From Catajapyx aquilonaris (Eukaryota), in contig JYFJ02001264.1 of the NCBI GenBank assembly GCA_000934665.2, positions 1 to 64,000 of the forward strand: a DNA stretch of 64,000 nucleotides, given 5' to 3'. Shown in pieces: positions 50,401 through 63,570 of the stretch. Position 1 is the first letter of the stretch, and each line of letters opens with the position of its first letter. The position numbers were made by a program, and so were the translations under genes. Below the pieces are notes generated by a model, which was not told the origin of the DNA, did no database searches, and saw nothing but the letters and a program-made list of their open reading frames with translations.

Positions 50401-53400
50401 GAATTATGCATCACTTCTTTTTCATTCTTTCTCGGCTCGGTTGTAGGAAAAACCCGGAATAAATTACAATCATGTATGATGAACACTGCCGGTGCCTCAT
50501 CACCGAAGCAGTTCGTTTCAATACCTGCGGCATACCTCAAGTCAAGGCCTGGCTATACAGTATTCAAACGAATCCCGAACTCTATTAGGCCGCTGATTAT
50601 TGTAAGCCGTTTAGAATTGCAAAAGGGGAAAGGTCGCAAACCCTATATTCGGTAGTTTTTTTTTCAAGTTTCTTTTAGAAGCAATCGTTTTACCACACGA
50701 TGGCGTCCAAGCAAAAGGAGCCAGTCCAAACTTGAATAGAGTCGGTCGGATGGAAAGGGCGGGTAATAGTAATAGTTCAGCATTAAGGGGGTGCTGTCCA
50801 TTTGGGTCTAGGGAAGAAGGGAGGTTGGGAGGAGAGAGGCAGGAAAGCGTGTCGGTGCCAAGGGCAATTGGCATTGAATTGCGGTTTTGCACCGGCGTAA
50901 CCGTTACCGCGACGGGGGGACAGGCTATATACCGGACGTAAAGTAGCGGCTGGAGGCGGCCTGCCCACAAAGCGCCCATCAAGCCCAAACACCACTGCTC
51001 GGATACGCCTTTGCCTCCCACCCCCACCACCCAAAGGAAGAAAACCACCCCCTTGCTTCTCTCTCTCTATATATAGGCTCGAAAACCCATGCAAGAGACG
51101 CCTTCTGCTGCTGCTCTCTCGCCTTTAATCGACTTCCCACTAGCTGGATCTTTTCTGGCGAATTGGGGTAAAAGGGGATGGAGACCCCGTGTCGCCCTGA
51201 TATGCAACACATGCAACCCTCGGTGATCGATCCTCGCACTCGGCCCTCGGGGGATTTCCAGAGTCAATCGAGTAGAAGGGGGTTCTTATGTGAGGAGACC
51301 TGGTTCTCTCACAATACACTCAGCTCAGGCAAAAGGGTGGCGTCGAGAGTTTGCGAAATTTGGTAGCAGTTATGTTGGAGTAGTTATAAAAATTATTAGC
51401 TGATAAAATGCAAAAAAAAAGAGTTTAGAGATGGGTAGTGATTAACAGCTACAAACCGCAAAAGCTTCTGAGCACAAAAAATGTTTTTGGCACAAATTCG
51501 TCTGCGCGAATACACCTTAATGAGCTTTTTGCCCAGAGTAGTTTGGTGGGGAAGCACATGTTTCCATGGCAGAAACTCGTTCTCTCTGCAGCTTAAAAAC
51601 TCGGTGCAACAACAAAAAAACGGGTTCGTCATTCAGGAAACAATAATAGCACCACCGCTTATTTGTTGGGGGCTGTCGTTTCTGGGTCGAGTAAATCCCT
51701 CTGAAACTGTGTAACGATATTAGTGAGAGCCCTCCCGCAATCTCCGCTGAAATAATCGAAGGTGGCTTTGAGCAGAAGGATTTCTCGGGAAGACTTTTTG
51801 CCCATCAGTCGACCGGGGGAGGGGGGGAGGGGGCTATTACACCCATCCCGCATAAAATAAGTAGTAGGTCCGAGGGATGGTGGAGGGGGTGTCTTTGGGG
51901 AGTGGCGTGTGCTAGTTGGGGACCCACCCAGAGCCTTCTGCAATCCCTTTTTGATGCCTGGATTTCCGGGGACTGAGCCTGTCAGTCGTCCGGATTTCAA
52001 GCCCATCTCAGGCAGTTCCCCAGGGTGCTGTACTTTGTCTAGGTCTCTAGAAGTTGTCAGCTGCTCACCCGTGTGCGACTCCGCGATTTTTTTTAAGACA
52101 ACTCATGTCGATGATACGAAATAATGTCAGCCCATTGAGGAATATTCGTGTAAGCAACCGTTTGACTTAATGAAATGCTCAGGCCTGAGATGGATGCTTG
52201 GCAGAGGTCAGCTTGATCCAATTTGACCTGGGGGTGCAAAACAGCTTACCCGCCGGGCTGCATGCTAATAAATTGCTGCCTGGTTAACTGCCCCGCCCTA
52301 GAACGGACCACCTCCCATTCTGCTGCCCTGCTCCCAAGGCATTAAACTTGACAACGGTCGCCACTGCATCACTTGTTAATGCTTTCCGACAGCAGCTCTG
52401 CCCCGTTTCATGATATTGGACTGGATGCAGCACATGCGCGAATTTTGAAGAGATTGCAAGAAAAACGTTTTTTGGGGGGTTCAATCTGCGTAATACCCCT
52501 ATAGATCGAGGACAGAGAGGCGGGTGTCGTTACCCGTGGGGGGAACTCCATTCTTGCAGACACTATAAAGTAGAGAGCAGGCATAGTTCGATGGAATAGA
52601 CACAATAGTGGGGGATGCAGGCGGCCTGTCTCCATTAAAGTAGGTTGCGGCCTGGTTAGGCGAGTTTAATGGATAGTTTATAATGGTATCAAATTCAGTG
52701 GTGGGTCGTAAAGTATGGCAAGTTGGGCAATGGAACAGGAAGCAAAGGTTGATGGAGCCCTAAAGTTCTCACCAGTGGCAGAGGGCACAAATTCGGGAGG
52801 GGATATTGAATGCGGGCTCGGGGAATGGACATTGGCGCCAAGGCCCCCCTGGTTTCCACTCAATATTACTACTGCAAGGAGAGAACTAGGACTGGAAACT
52901 AGGGGCCGGCGTTTGCCTAGTCTTTTACTGCCCTCTTTTTATTACGGGGACTAGTGTTGGACGCAAATGGAAGTACATAACATTTCACTTTTCTTCCGGT
53001 AAACCATGCCCGAAGGCCATCGAATTCGGCGCCTCCTCCCAAAGGAGTCGCAAAGACCTGGTATGAAATACAAGGATGTTGGTTTTTTGTGGGCCCATCG
53101 GGAGAGGCTGGCCACGATGCTTCTTAACATTTTAGGGAGGGCCTGCTTGCTTTTGGCCCGACGTCTTATTTTCTTCTTTACACTCCTTCCGCTCTCTGTC
53201 CTATACGGGAGGGAAGGGGTCGTGGTGGGCGGTTTATGGCCCGGGAAAAGATTTTTGGCCAGAAGAGGCGTTTCCGTCCTTGTTACCGGGGGATGCCTTT
53301 CAATCTGGCAGATTCCGCCAGACGGAATATCAGTAGAGTTTGAGCTCGAGGAAAAAAGAAAAAAAAACGGGCCGGCGCGGACGTGCTACGCAGGCCATAT

Positions 53401-56400
53401 AAGATATTCGCGTAAACCCGGACCAAAGTGAGATTTAGGAGAGTAGATGCTGGGGGGTTGGTCGTCGGAGCGTGTATTGCAGGGCGAATGTTCTTACAAG
53501 CACGTTGAGTACATTAGGGATGGGAGGAAGAACACGGGGAGGTTTGAGATAGGCTTTATCTCGGGGCCTCCCTCAGCAGATGAGATGGTTTTTCCTCTTC
53601 CTATAACGGAAAAAGCCTGCCTGGAGGGAGTTGACAACGTGTCCTGGTGTCGCAACACTGCTCTGGTTGAAAGGCCAACTCACGTGCTGGTGGTCATGTG
53701 GCCATGGGGCTGTCAGTCCAAGCCTGTGATGGGACATGCCGATCAATCCCCGGCCAAACCAAATGTTTGGTCACCTGAAGCGCTGTTTGTACAGTTCATA
53801 TTAATTGAGTGAGCGCCATGATGAATGCGGTTATAGCAATTTAATTAGGGGAGAGTTTTTCAGATTGTGAGCCACCGGAATGTAATGGAATTTAGTGGAC
53901 TAATAATGTTTAGCGCACTATTGGAGGATTTTTTTTGTGTGTTTGGTGCCTGGCCGCTGTGTTAGTTGATGTTAAGTACTGTCGGTGGCGGGGAGTGGAA
54001 GATCATTTATTTAGTAGTTGAAGTCGATATTGTCCCTTTCTGTGGCGAGCAAGTAGTGGGGTGATGGGGACGGTTTTTGGTTTCCCCCCTCACCATTTTC
54101 CAGAGCAAAGATTAAGCTGGGTGGAAGGTTGGGAAAGTAATGAAGAGAGTGTTTTCCCATCCCGAAATTAGGTCTTTTATGGTCCTCGTTTTACTCGCAA
54201 GGAGAGGGAAAAGGCCTCTGTCAATATTTGACATTGGCTTGCGTTTGCGCTATTCTTTCGGCGCACTGATCAAAATTTCATTTCGGGCAAGTCCGGAAAA
54301 GGTGAAACGAATGAAACGAGATGTCTGGCGCGGAAATTTACATCCTTGAGCAGGGGGAAAGAGAGGGTGATGTCGCGACTAAGTAAACGAATGTGTAATT
54401 CCCCATCCGGCGCCTCCAGTCGTCAGGTGATCCATTCTACCATAACATCATGTTTTTTAAACGAGTTGGTGGGGGAGACTCCTTTTTTCAAACTCATGCA
54501 AATAGCAAGGGCCACCAACATGTTATTTAATCCGGCATACAAAGACCCCCAGCTTGTTTTTCCTGCGCATTGTTACCGCCATTATTGAATGCGAACCAAA
54601 TTAGTTTCCGCTTTTCTGCAGACAAACTCTTTTTTTTCTGAAACCTGTCCCTCGTGGGGTTCCGTTTGCAATTTAGATAATGGTGCACGTGGAAGCGTTA
54701 ACGAAGACTACGGAATCCCTCACACATGCCCGGCAGGAAGCATCGCCTTGAGCAGTACGGGGCTTCCCCGTTAATTACTTGGTTAGGACAAAGGCTCGGA
54801 GACTGCATATAAAGGGAATTAAGACCCCATTTCCATCAGGGATGTGGGCAAAAGGAAAGGCTTGAAAAATTCGAGTCTCCTCTCTCCTTTTCCTACTAGG
54901 TCTCACGTACATGCAGTAAAGACCCGGTTTTTGCTCCCCAATTTTTTTTCTCCGGAGAATTGTGACGTATGACTGGCATCCGCGGGTCCCCGGCTGTCAA
55001 AACAGCGTACAAGTGAGTCCTTGCAGCTCCAGCCATAGAAACCTTGCTATCATGACTATCCTTTCACCTGCAGTATAAATCATCCGCACCATATCCGCGA
55101 CACTGCAGCTGAAATCAGTAGCGGCAAGAAGGCTCTAAGAAACTCGTTTCTCTTGTGTGTGTATATAGCCATGATGCAGCAGAAAAGTGATGGATGTGTC
55201 CTTAGATTGGGAAATCGACGTCTTGTAACCTTAACGTTCGTGGTAGGGGAAAGAAGCCGGACGTGACAAGGGGCCACGACTGCTCATTAATGGCGACGTT
55301 GGATATAAACTTTTTCCGGTTTCGGGCTGGGAAATTTCCGCTGGCAATTCAATTTAGGACTCGTAATGATTTTTACTCCGAGATGATTACATGTTTGGTG
55401 TACATTTATGCCGCGGTTTTGAGATATATCCGTCAATCTTTTTGTCAGTGTGGCTTACTGCCGATGTAAATTATTTTAAGTCGATATTCTGCTAGAATTG
55501 AGAGTCATATTTTCTGTGCCACTTTGATTATTTTGTTGGAATCATAATGTTAAGGGGCCAGCTCTCCAAAATTGAAGCCACTTCTCATACGTGAAGGTTC
55601 AGTGTATGGGAACATTGACCCTGCTCCAGGCGCCTGTGCTATTGTTTATTTATTTACCGAAGTGAATATTGAAGGTAATTTCCCTACGGCAAGCCCCTAC
55701 TATAAAATACGCCAAAAAATACAGCTCATGGATGAAACAATCGGGAATTTTCCCAAGCAGATTTAAGGTGCATACGTACAAAAATTATTCCCACCTGAAC
55801 ATGCACAATTTCATATTTTTTCTGTACCTGCACATGTAAGTATTTCAGATGGGCTAACTAGCTGAAAGGATCACAGTTTTCTCTGGGAGGCAGCCCGACA
55901 TCAAAGTCTGACTGCAATTGCGTCTCCCTTTGTTACTTTCATTAAGTGTGCATGACGCCGTTCCGGAAAGTGCTTTAACATACCGTAGTAGTTTATGCAG
56001 ATGAGGCAAAGACGCATCTCCGTTGCTCCGCTGTCCTACAGGCTTTTCACTCCAGCTTGTAACCAGGCCTCCCCCCCCCAAAAAAAAAATCGTCTGAATT
56101 ACGCCCTCACGTCCAGAACTTGACATTGTACCGTCAGTTACACTCTACTTGAGCAAATGTGTACCTGAAGCAAACATGCAGATTGTTGCCAACTCTCTGT
56201 TGAATGCATTCGCAGCCGCGCCGCTAATGTGCACATGCACTGTACAGTTCAGCCTTCTAAGGATCCCTAGTGATATAGTTGCATCCACTTTGATGGCCAC
56301 ATTTGCATCATTTGGATAGGCTGAATATGTACAGAGCAGTTCGCTAACTGTTTTTTTTTAGATGAAAAGGCAGGCTAGAAGGCAAAAGTTCAGGACCGTA

Positions 56401-57097
56401 TGTGTGTGAGTTGCAAGGGACATTGAATAGGAGGTGGACTCGGCTCATTTGGCGGGGACATGATGCGTAGACACGCCCAGGAGCCAGTTGCCCTCATTAC
56501 CCGTAATTGAAAGTCTATACAGGGGTGGGATGTGAGGATTAATTAGGCACTGTCACATTTCATGCTCTTCCTCACTGTGGAGGCTTTTTCGGGGGAGGGA
56601 TGCGTGCTGGGGACTTTACAAGTCGGCTTCCTTTCCGGACAGTTGGCGGAATGTCGTAATGAATGACGCCCATAAACTGGGAGGGGCTTTCAAACTGACG
56701 AGGAAAGAAGGACTAAGAACCCCCCGAGAGGAATTCCCTACCGCGGAATCCACGTCAATTGGAGGGACCAACAGGGCTGTTCCACGCCTCGTCACTTGCT
56801 CTCTATACTATCCGACCCTCCTACTCCTTTTCCCTAGCTATACCATCTGATGAAGGGGCTTAAGCACTCTGCTGCACTTGTGCACTTTTCTTCCCAACTC
56901 ATCAACTGGATTCCACCGCTGCAAGGACCCACTCGACCAATGAGCCCCATCAAAAGACATCTTACAAACTGCACAGCTTCGCAGCACTTTGCTGGAAAAC
57001 CACCTCGTATAATATACGCTCTTTTTAGCTCAACAGGAATTTCACAATTTAGCAACAGACGTGTCATTAATTAGTGTTTTTTTTTCCTATTGTACAG

Positions 57098-57231
57098 TGC
57101 ACATCCGACCAAGAGACGTGTGGTGAGAGAGCTGCTGGATGCTGGAAGGCTGGAGATTGCTACCGGAGGATGGGTGATGACCGACGAGGCCATTGTCCAT
57201 CTCTACGCCATGCTGGACCAGCTCATAGAAG
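57098..57231 (+). CDS. alpha-Man-IIb: Golgi class II alpha-mannosidase (GH38), internal exon B (134 nt, phase 2 to 1)
   Basis: Acceptor ttttttttcctattgtacag|T and donor GAAG|gttaga. AG from exon A plus T gives Ser, then [44 protein letters not shown], with the GH38 GGWVMxDEA motif. This frame is not in the ORF track. Phases match both neighbouring exons. Confidence 0.95.
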
Positions 57232-57400
57232 GTTAGAAAAACAATGTTGGCAAATAACAGCGAGCGTGATTCGAGTAGACCTTTTCTCATTGGGCAGTGT
57301 AAAATGAGGAGCTTGACAAGTCCGTTGAAATTGTCAGATTTGTGACCGATGCGACACAATGCGATTCTAATTAGACAACAATGACATAGAAGGTTGAGAG

Positions 57401-57670
57401 TTTGATTTCCCTTTGCCAAGAAACCCAAGGAAACTAATTTATAAATGGTGTAGACTCGACCTTGGCGGATATATTAAACCCGGAAAACCGGAAGTTGTTC
57501 ATGAAACTTATTTTGGTCACGCTGAAACCTAATCTGAAAACAGTTTGTCGCTATCTCATGCGGTTTAGGCCCTAATACCTGTCCACAGACAGACGGACGG
57601 ACAGACGGACGGACTACAGACGGAAATAACCGTTCTGTAAGACTTTTTTCGATGAGAAAAAGTCTAAAAA
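57401..57670 (-). mobile_element. Short non-autonomous Helentron-associated (HINE / DINE-1-like) element remnant
   Basis: Minus strand: TTTTT, inverted repeat AGACTTTTT..AAAAAGTCT (57640-57665), (GTCY)n microsatellite (57586-57614 on + reads CAGACAGACGGACGGACAGACGGACGGAC), and an imperfect stem-loop at the far end (57401-57438). This is the order of parts known for DINE-1/HINE elements. Confidence 0.55.
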
Positions 57671-60600
57671 ACTGTTGCCACTATTCTAATCCAAAATTTT
57701 GAGGAGTCTTTGGCCGCAACTGCTCGTATCAAGTGGACCCCAGTTCATCCCGGGATCCATTTCATTACGTTGCAGCTTGCTTTCAGAGCATCTTATCTGC
57801 TGCTGGCCTGCTTTCATGAACCCTCTTCCGATGAAATATGAATGGCAGGCAGTAGGGAACATTGCGCCAGGCGGAACAACAGCCTCTCCCCCTCCCCTAT
57901 ATCCCCCCGCCATCCCCTACTTCCAAATTAGCTACCCCAGAGTATCGGAGGGAGAGGGCCGTTGCTCCAGATGGAAACTACTGTAGCCTGTACCAGCAGT
58001 GTAGAATGATGCTGCCTTTCCCCCCCAAGAGTTTTCATCTAGCTCCCCAATTGGATCTCCCCAAACTGGTCCAGTGACGTCATCTACCTTCCAATTAGCT
58101 TTCTTGATTACGCCTGATTGCATATGAATACGTGGGGAGAACAATAAGTGCGTAAGTCTACCTGGGGACTAGGGGAGGGGAAAAAACGGAGGCCATAAAA
58201 GCTGTAAATTAAGGCTGAAAAGGCGAGTGCATATCTTTATAGGTTATAGCCATAGAAATGATAACGCCATGAAGGGACTCGTGATGGTGTACTTTATGGT
58301 CAAACTGCTTGGCGGAGACAATAGTGTTCTGCGCACTACCGGATTTTTTTTTTTCCTTCATATTCTCTGGAACAGCGTCGTGAAAGAGACAATCTCGAGA
58401 TGGGTTGACGAATTACGCCTCGGAGTTAGAGTCGATTATAAAATCCGGGCCGGATAGTTTTGACTCGGAATCACCCTAGTTGTTCAGTACGACTTTGATG
58501 TGCTTAAGGAGATACCGTAAAACTATAAAAGTGTAATTTCACCGCTGCAAATATAGATCCCGAGAGGGGTGGAAGGTGGTTTGGGTCAATTTTAATACTT
58601 CTTCCCCAAGTTCATTAGAGTTTCGACGTGTACAGGGCAGGGGGTAAAGGGGACGTCCGCAAATGTGGTGCTGAGCGGACATGCGCTTTCCAATTTGGAA
58701 CCTGCGGTCTCTTTGGCATATTTAATGTGCGGCTGTAGTTCGGCGCGATTAATTATTAAGAAGGCTGAGGAAAAGCGCCAAAAGTTAATATTGCGGGTCT
58801 CTCCGAGACCATTCCAGTTCTTCTGTCCCGCGCGCCGGAGCATGAAAAATTCAGAATTCTGTTCTGGGTAGCCCTGAAGGTACATGCAGTAATTAGCTGG
58901 GAGGAGAAAATATAGGACTTGATTCATGGTACAGAGGGATTATGCAGCCTGGACTGGACATATCCTGGGCCGCCCGCCACTAATCAAATTGCTTGTTTTA
59001 TCGGCTATATTATTAACGAGGTGACATGAGCTGTAAAATTATGCAGGGGGTGTGCTTAGCGAATTGTTATGTTTTCGTAACGGGCGTAATTGCATGCCAG
59101 TATCATTTTGCACGCAAGATTTCTCGCTTTAATGTTGAGTGCGTTTAATAGAGAGAGACGTCTAAGGGGGGGTCGATGGAGCGGAAAAGAAAAGGAGATA
59201 ATGTTTTGACGAGTAAACCTCGGTCGAGAAATGTTCGTTTCTGAACCGGCTGCTATTTGTGCAGGCAATTAAGTTGGGTCGCTGTAATGAATATAGTTGT
59301 TGGAGGCTTGTGCCGGGGGATCCCAGGGCAACAGGACCAATTAGTGGCCATTTACCGTCTTTTCCGATCAGACTTTACAATAGCTTGCCATTATTGTCTA
59401 GGGAGGATCTGGCACTCGGCTGTTACTAAGCAGTCAGGGTATTACATTGCAATGCAGCGGATGTTCTCCCTTGCAACGATAAGCGTTAGAAGCATTGAAG
59501 GTGTGTTGTTTCTGTTGTTAAACAACCAGCAAGGTCCACGTAACTCGGTATGGTCAATTAAAATGTTATTTAAGATTAGTTGGCCAAGGAAAACATTTGG
59601 GACTTGTGTATGATTTTTAACTGGGATATTTCACATTGTTTGGATTTCTGCATATTAGTTACACTTCAGGTTACTTCGGATAGACAATGTAGCGATGTGT
59701 TTTTTTCTGCGAAGAGAATAAAACGGCAGCCTACATAATTATGCTACATTTTGGCATAACAAGCCAGATGCTTGCAGCAGCATTCGAGAACAAGGGATCC
59801 TTCTACTCCCGGCCATTTTAAATATTTTCCTTCGACTGTTTTGTGCAAATATTTTTTCTCCATTTAGAATTTGCAGGTCCTAATGTTAAATAAAATGTAG
59901 GCGTATTTCAGCGAGAGTTAATGCTCTCTATTATGCATGTTACAAGCACAAACCGTTTTCACAAATGCAAATGATGCCTGGAAGCAACCGGCTCACTTTT
60001 GAGATAGCTTGTTACATATTTACTTCGGCTCGTGTTTGGCGAAGAGAGGCATATACAAAGCCCGTTTGAATCATCCGAGTGTTTTTTTTTTCTACTTGTG
60101 ATACCGGATAGGCTAGATTATTGTATCGAATTCAGGTGGGAATACTACACCAGCGATGCTATTGAAATAGTGTTCGGGCATGTTTGAACGTAAACATAGC
60201 AGCTGAGTTTATATGATGTCCGTTACGAACTTACTCGAATCCAAAGCTGGGGCAGCGCTTGAGGAACACGTGTCAAATATGGCCTCTTTTCCTCTGCAAC
60301 TTCCTGCTGGCTTCCTTGTAGTCCTCCCCCGCAAAACGAAAGTCGCCCGCAGCCACTGCAAAGCTTACAACAGAATGCACTTCTGAGGACACCCCCCAAT
60401 AAAACAGTCGTCAGCGCCAGATGCTGCAAAAAGAATAGATTTGTGATTGGGGGAATTGCGGGCACTTCCCCCACCGTGTAACTCGGGTTGTCCTATATAC
60501 TTTATAGGAGTGGGAATGGGGGGGATTTCTTAGCCTCAGGGCGTGAATTTTTTTGGGGGAGGACTAAGGAGCCACATTTCCTCTAGGGGCGCCAAGTGAT

Positions 60601-62691
60601 GTGGTAATACGAAATCTGGGGGGGTCTGATGAGGCGAGCCTTGGGAAGCCAGCAGCTGCCTAATGGGCTTTGTCATCCGGAAGAAGGAAAATTTTGAGCC
60701 ATAAACCTGCAGTATTTCCCGACCTATGTTGACCCAGAAGGCGAAAGGTGGCTCCGACACCTCTGTACCTAACCCTTGAACCTGATTTGAAGCAAGGGCA
60801 GCAAAGTGGATGAAACCTGTCCTCCGCCTTTTCCTCCGGTCCTTCTCCTTTCCCTCGGGAACATCCGTCAGCAGCTCTCCTTTCCCTTTGATCTGCACTA
60901 AGAGGAAACGGGATTCCGGAATATTTTGTCGCCGGACATGCGGTGCGTTACAACGTTTGCCAAGCAAGCCTTGCAAGGGAAAAGCAAGTCGCCGGTATGG
61001 AGAGTGTCAGGTGGATTGATGAGCGGAAGGATGTTTGTGCAAAGAGCAAGGCTGTACGCTCGTGTTGCTGTGTATATCTGAGAGAAGTGCCATTAGATCC
61101 CTCGGGAGCTACCTCTAGGGGGGGCATCCCTTGACTCAATACCTTCCTTGCTGGTTGAATTTCCGGGAGATGCTGTGTTTCTCGCAGCAGGTTGTTTTGT
61201 GAAAATCACCATCTGATCGATCTTCAACACTGCAAACTTGTTCGTGAAGTCACCCTCCTACTGATACATTAGAATTGAGGGAACATCCTGTATTTGTGGG
61301 CAAGAAAACTGGTCTCCCCTTTTTTCCAGCCCTGGAGCATCGTGAACAAATGGCTGTCACTTTAGCTACAACCTCTCTGTCTCCCTCCCCCAATAGTACA
61401 TTTATTTTAATACTGGTTCGGTGCCCAGGAGGATGCAGATTAACGAAGATTTACAGCCCATTAATTGGAGCGTCACACCGGTTGTATAGATATGGCGCCC
61501 TGGTTTTAGGGGGGGAGAGAGGAAGAAGGTTGAAAATCGAAGGGCATCCTGTACAAATCAGCCAAGTTTCATCTGAGCTTCTGGTTACGGACCATGTTCG
61601 GAATGAAGCGTTGAACCTAATTCCAGGCTAGAAAGAGGCAATCTGAGCGCAACAATAACCAGGAGACGACGACGTCCCCCTCTCCACACACATCCTTCTG
61701 CCACCCCCTCCCCTTCAGTTGGCTTTATTGGGCCAGGTGAAAGGGGAGCCTAGTGTCCACGGGGGTGAGAGGTTTACTCAGATGAAAGACATTTTCGATG
61801 AAGACCGACGGCCCCCTCTTTTGCCGTCGGATTGGAGTTATCAAAGTTTGCCTTTGTGGTTCCCAGTTTACTATTTCCTTCAGACCGAGGCGTTGACCTG
61901 TTGAGGCCTGGGGTTGCCTCGTTCGTGTTTGGGGAGGCCGGCTTTGTTGGAGCTCACAATTGGAGGCAGGCTTTGTGTGAAATACCGATAAGGGCGGAAA
62001 TCCAAATTGCATTAATTTTAAAGAGGTTGTGGGGAGCATGTTTACGCACAACGTTGTCAAGTAGGTCTTTATAAGACAACAATATTGTTGAGAGTTGGGA
62101 GATAACTTTTTTTCTCGTTCTCTCCACTTGAATGGCACCCGCGTGACCAATAATGTACCGTTTCCTAATGGACCTCCGTCACGCGTTGTCTGCTTAATTC
62201 CTCTAATACTCCGAAAGTGAATCCTAGCTCTAAGAAAAAAAAATCGCGCGGAACTTGAAGAACTTGTTAATTCTTTTCCTCAAGACTCATTATTAAATTT
62301 CTCGTGGACCGCCCCTTCAATCCTTTTCATTTTTTTCGCTTCGTTATACCCAAGACAAATGTAATTTTTCTTATAAAAGCAGCTTAAAAGAACTTCAAAA
62401 GTTCCCCATTTCCAGTCTACAGAACGTCCATCCATTAGAACTCTCCAAGAGCCAGGCGGCATAAAGCCTTCTTGAGAGCTATGCTAATTACTGCGCACTT
62501 TTTTTTTAACCCCACCCCAGTGCAGAAGCACATTTCCCAAACGACTCGTCTTCTACAGACAGTGATTTCTAGCAAGGTTTTTTTTTCCCCCCTCCCTATT
62601 TTTCCGGCAATCTAAGTCCGGCAAAAGCCTGGACCCAATGCGGTGAGATGTTGATGGAGTTCATTTTCTTTCCTCTTTTTTTGTACCTCAG

Positions 62692-62978
62692 GGCACCAGT
62701 GGGTGAAATCGAACTTGGGAGTGACTCCCAAGTCGAGCTGGTCGGTCGATCCCTTCGGACACGGTGCCACGGTCCCTTATCTGCTACAAGAAGCCGGCAT
62801 GGAGAACATGGTGATCCAGAGGATTCACTATGCCTGGAAGCAGTGGCTGGCCGAGAAGCAATTGGGCGACTTTATGTGGCGGCAGAGGTGGGACACATCG
62901 GGGAAACACGACATCCTATGCCACAACGCTCCGTACGACATCTACTCCATCAAACATTCATGCGGGCCACATCCACAG
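62692..62978 (+). CDS. alpha-Man-IIb: Golgi class II alpha-mannosidase (GH38), internal exon C (287 nt, phase 1 to 0), with catalytic nucleophile
   Basis: Acceptor ctttttttgtacctcag|GG and donor CAG|gtatgt. Encodes (G)HQWVKSNLGVTPKSSWSVDPFGHGATVPYLL...QRIHYAWKQW...[12 protein letters not shown]. The DPFGH Asp is the GH38 nucleophile. Confidence 0.97.
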
Positions 62979-63033
62979 GTATGTCCTAGGTACCTCAATA
63001 CGTAACATGTAATAATTCTGTTGTACGTCGCAG

Positions 63034-63570
63034 GTGTGCTTGGCATTTGACTTCAGGAAGATACCGGGCGAGTACACTGAGTACACCCTGGAAGCGGTGC
63101 CTATAACCAGCCGTAACGTAAAGGCAAAAGCTGAGCTTCTCCTGGAGCAGTACGGCCGTACCGCCTCGTTATTCCCACACAACGTGGCTCTGGTGCCAAT
63201 AGGCGACGATTTCCGTTACACCCACGATGTCGAATGGGACCAGCAGTACCGCAACTACAAGATGCTCTTCGACTACGTCAATGCCAACTCGGAGCTGTAC
63301 AATGCGGAGATACAGTTCGGAACGCTGGATGACTACTTCCGGACGGTTCGAGAGCGGACGAAGGCCTTCCCTAGTCTTCAGGGCGACTTCTTCGTGTACA
63401 GCGACATCTTTTCCGAGGGAAGGCCCGCGTACTGGAGCGGATACTTCACCACCAGGCCTTACTGGAAGCTGCTGGACCGGGAGCTGGAGGCTGCACTCAG
63501 ATCCGCAGAGATCCTGTACGCCGTCTCTTTGAACCGAGCCAGGCAGCAGGGGCTTAACCGTACTGTACAG
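63034..63570 (+). CDS. alpha-Man-IIb: Golgi class II alpha-mannosidase (GH38), internal exon D (537 nt, phase 0 to 0), with acid/base catalyst
   Basis: Acceptor ctgttgtacgtcgcag|GTG after a 55-nt intron, donor CAG|gtgagt. Encodes [14 protein letters not shown]...VPIGDDFRY...QFGTLDDYF...GDFFVYSDIFSEGRPAYWSGYFTTRP...RSAEILY. GDDFR carries the acid/base Asp. The gene continues beyond the window. Confidence 0.97.
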
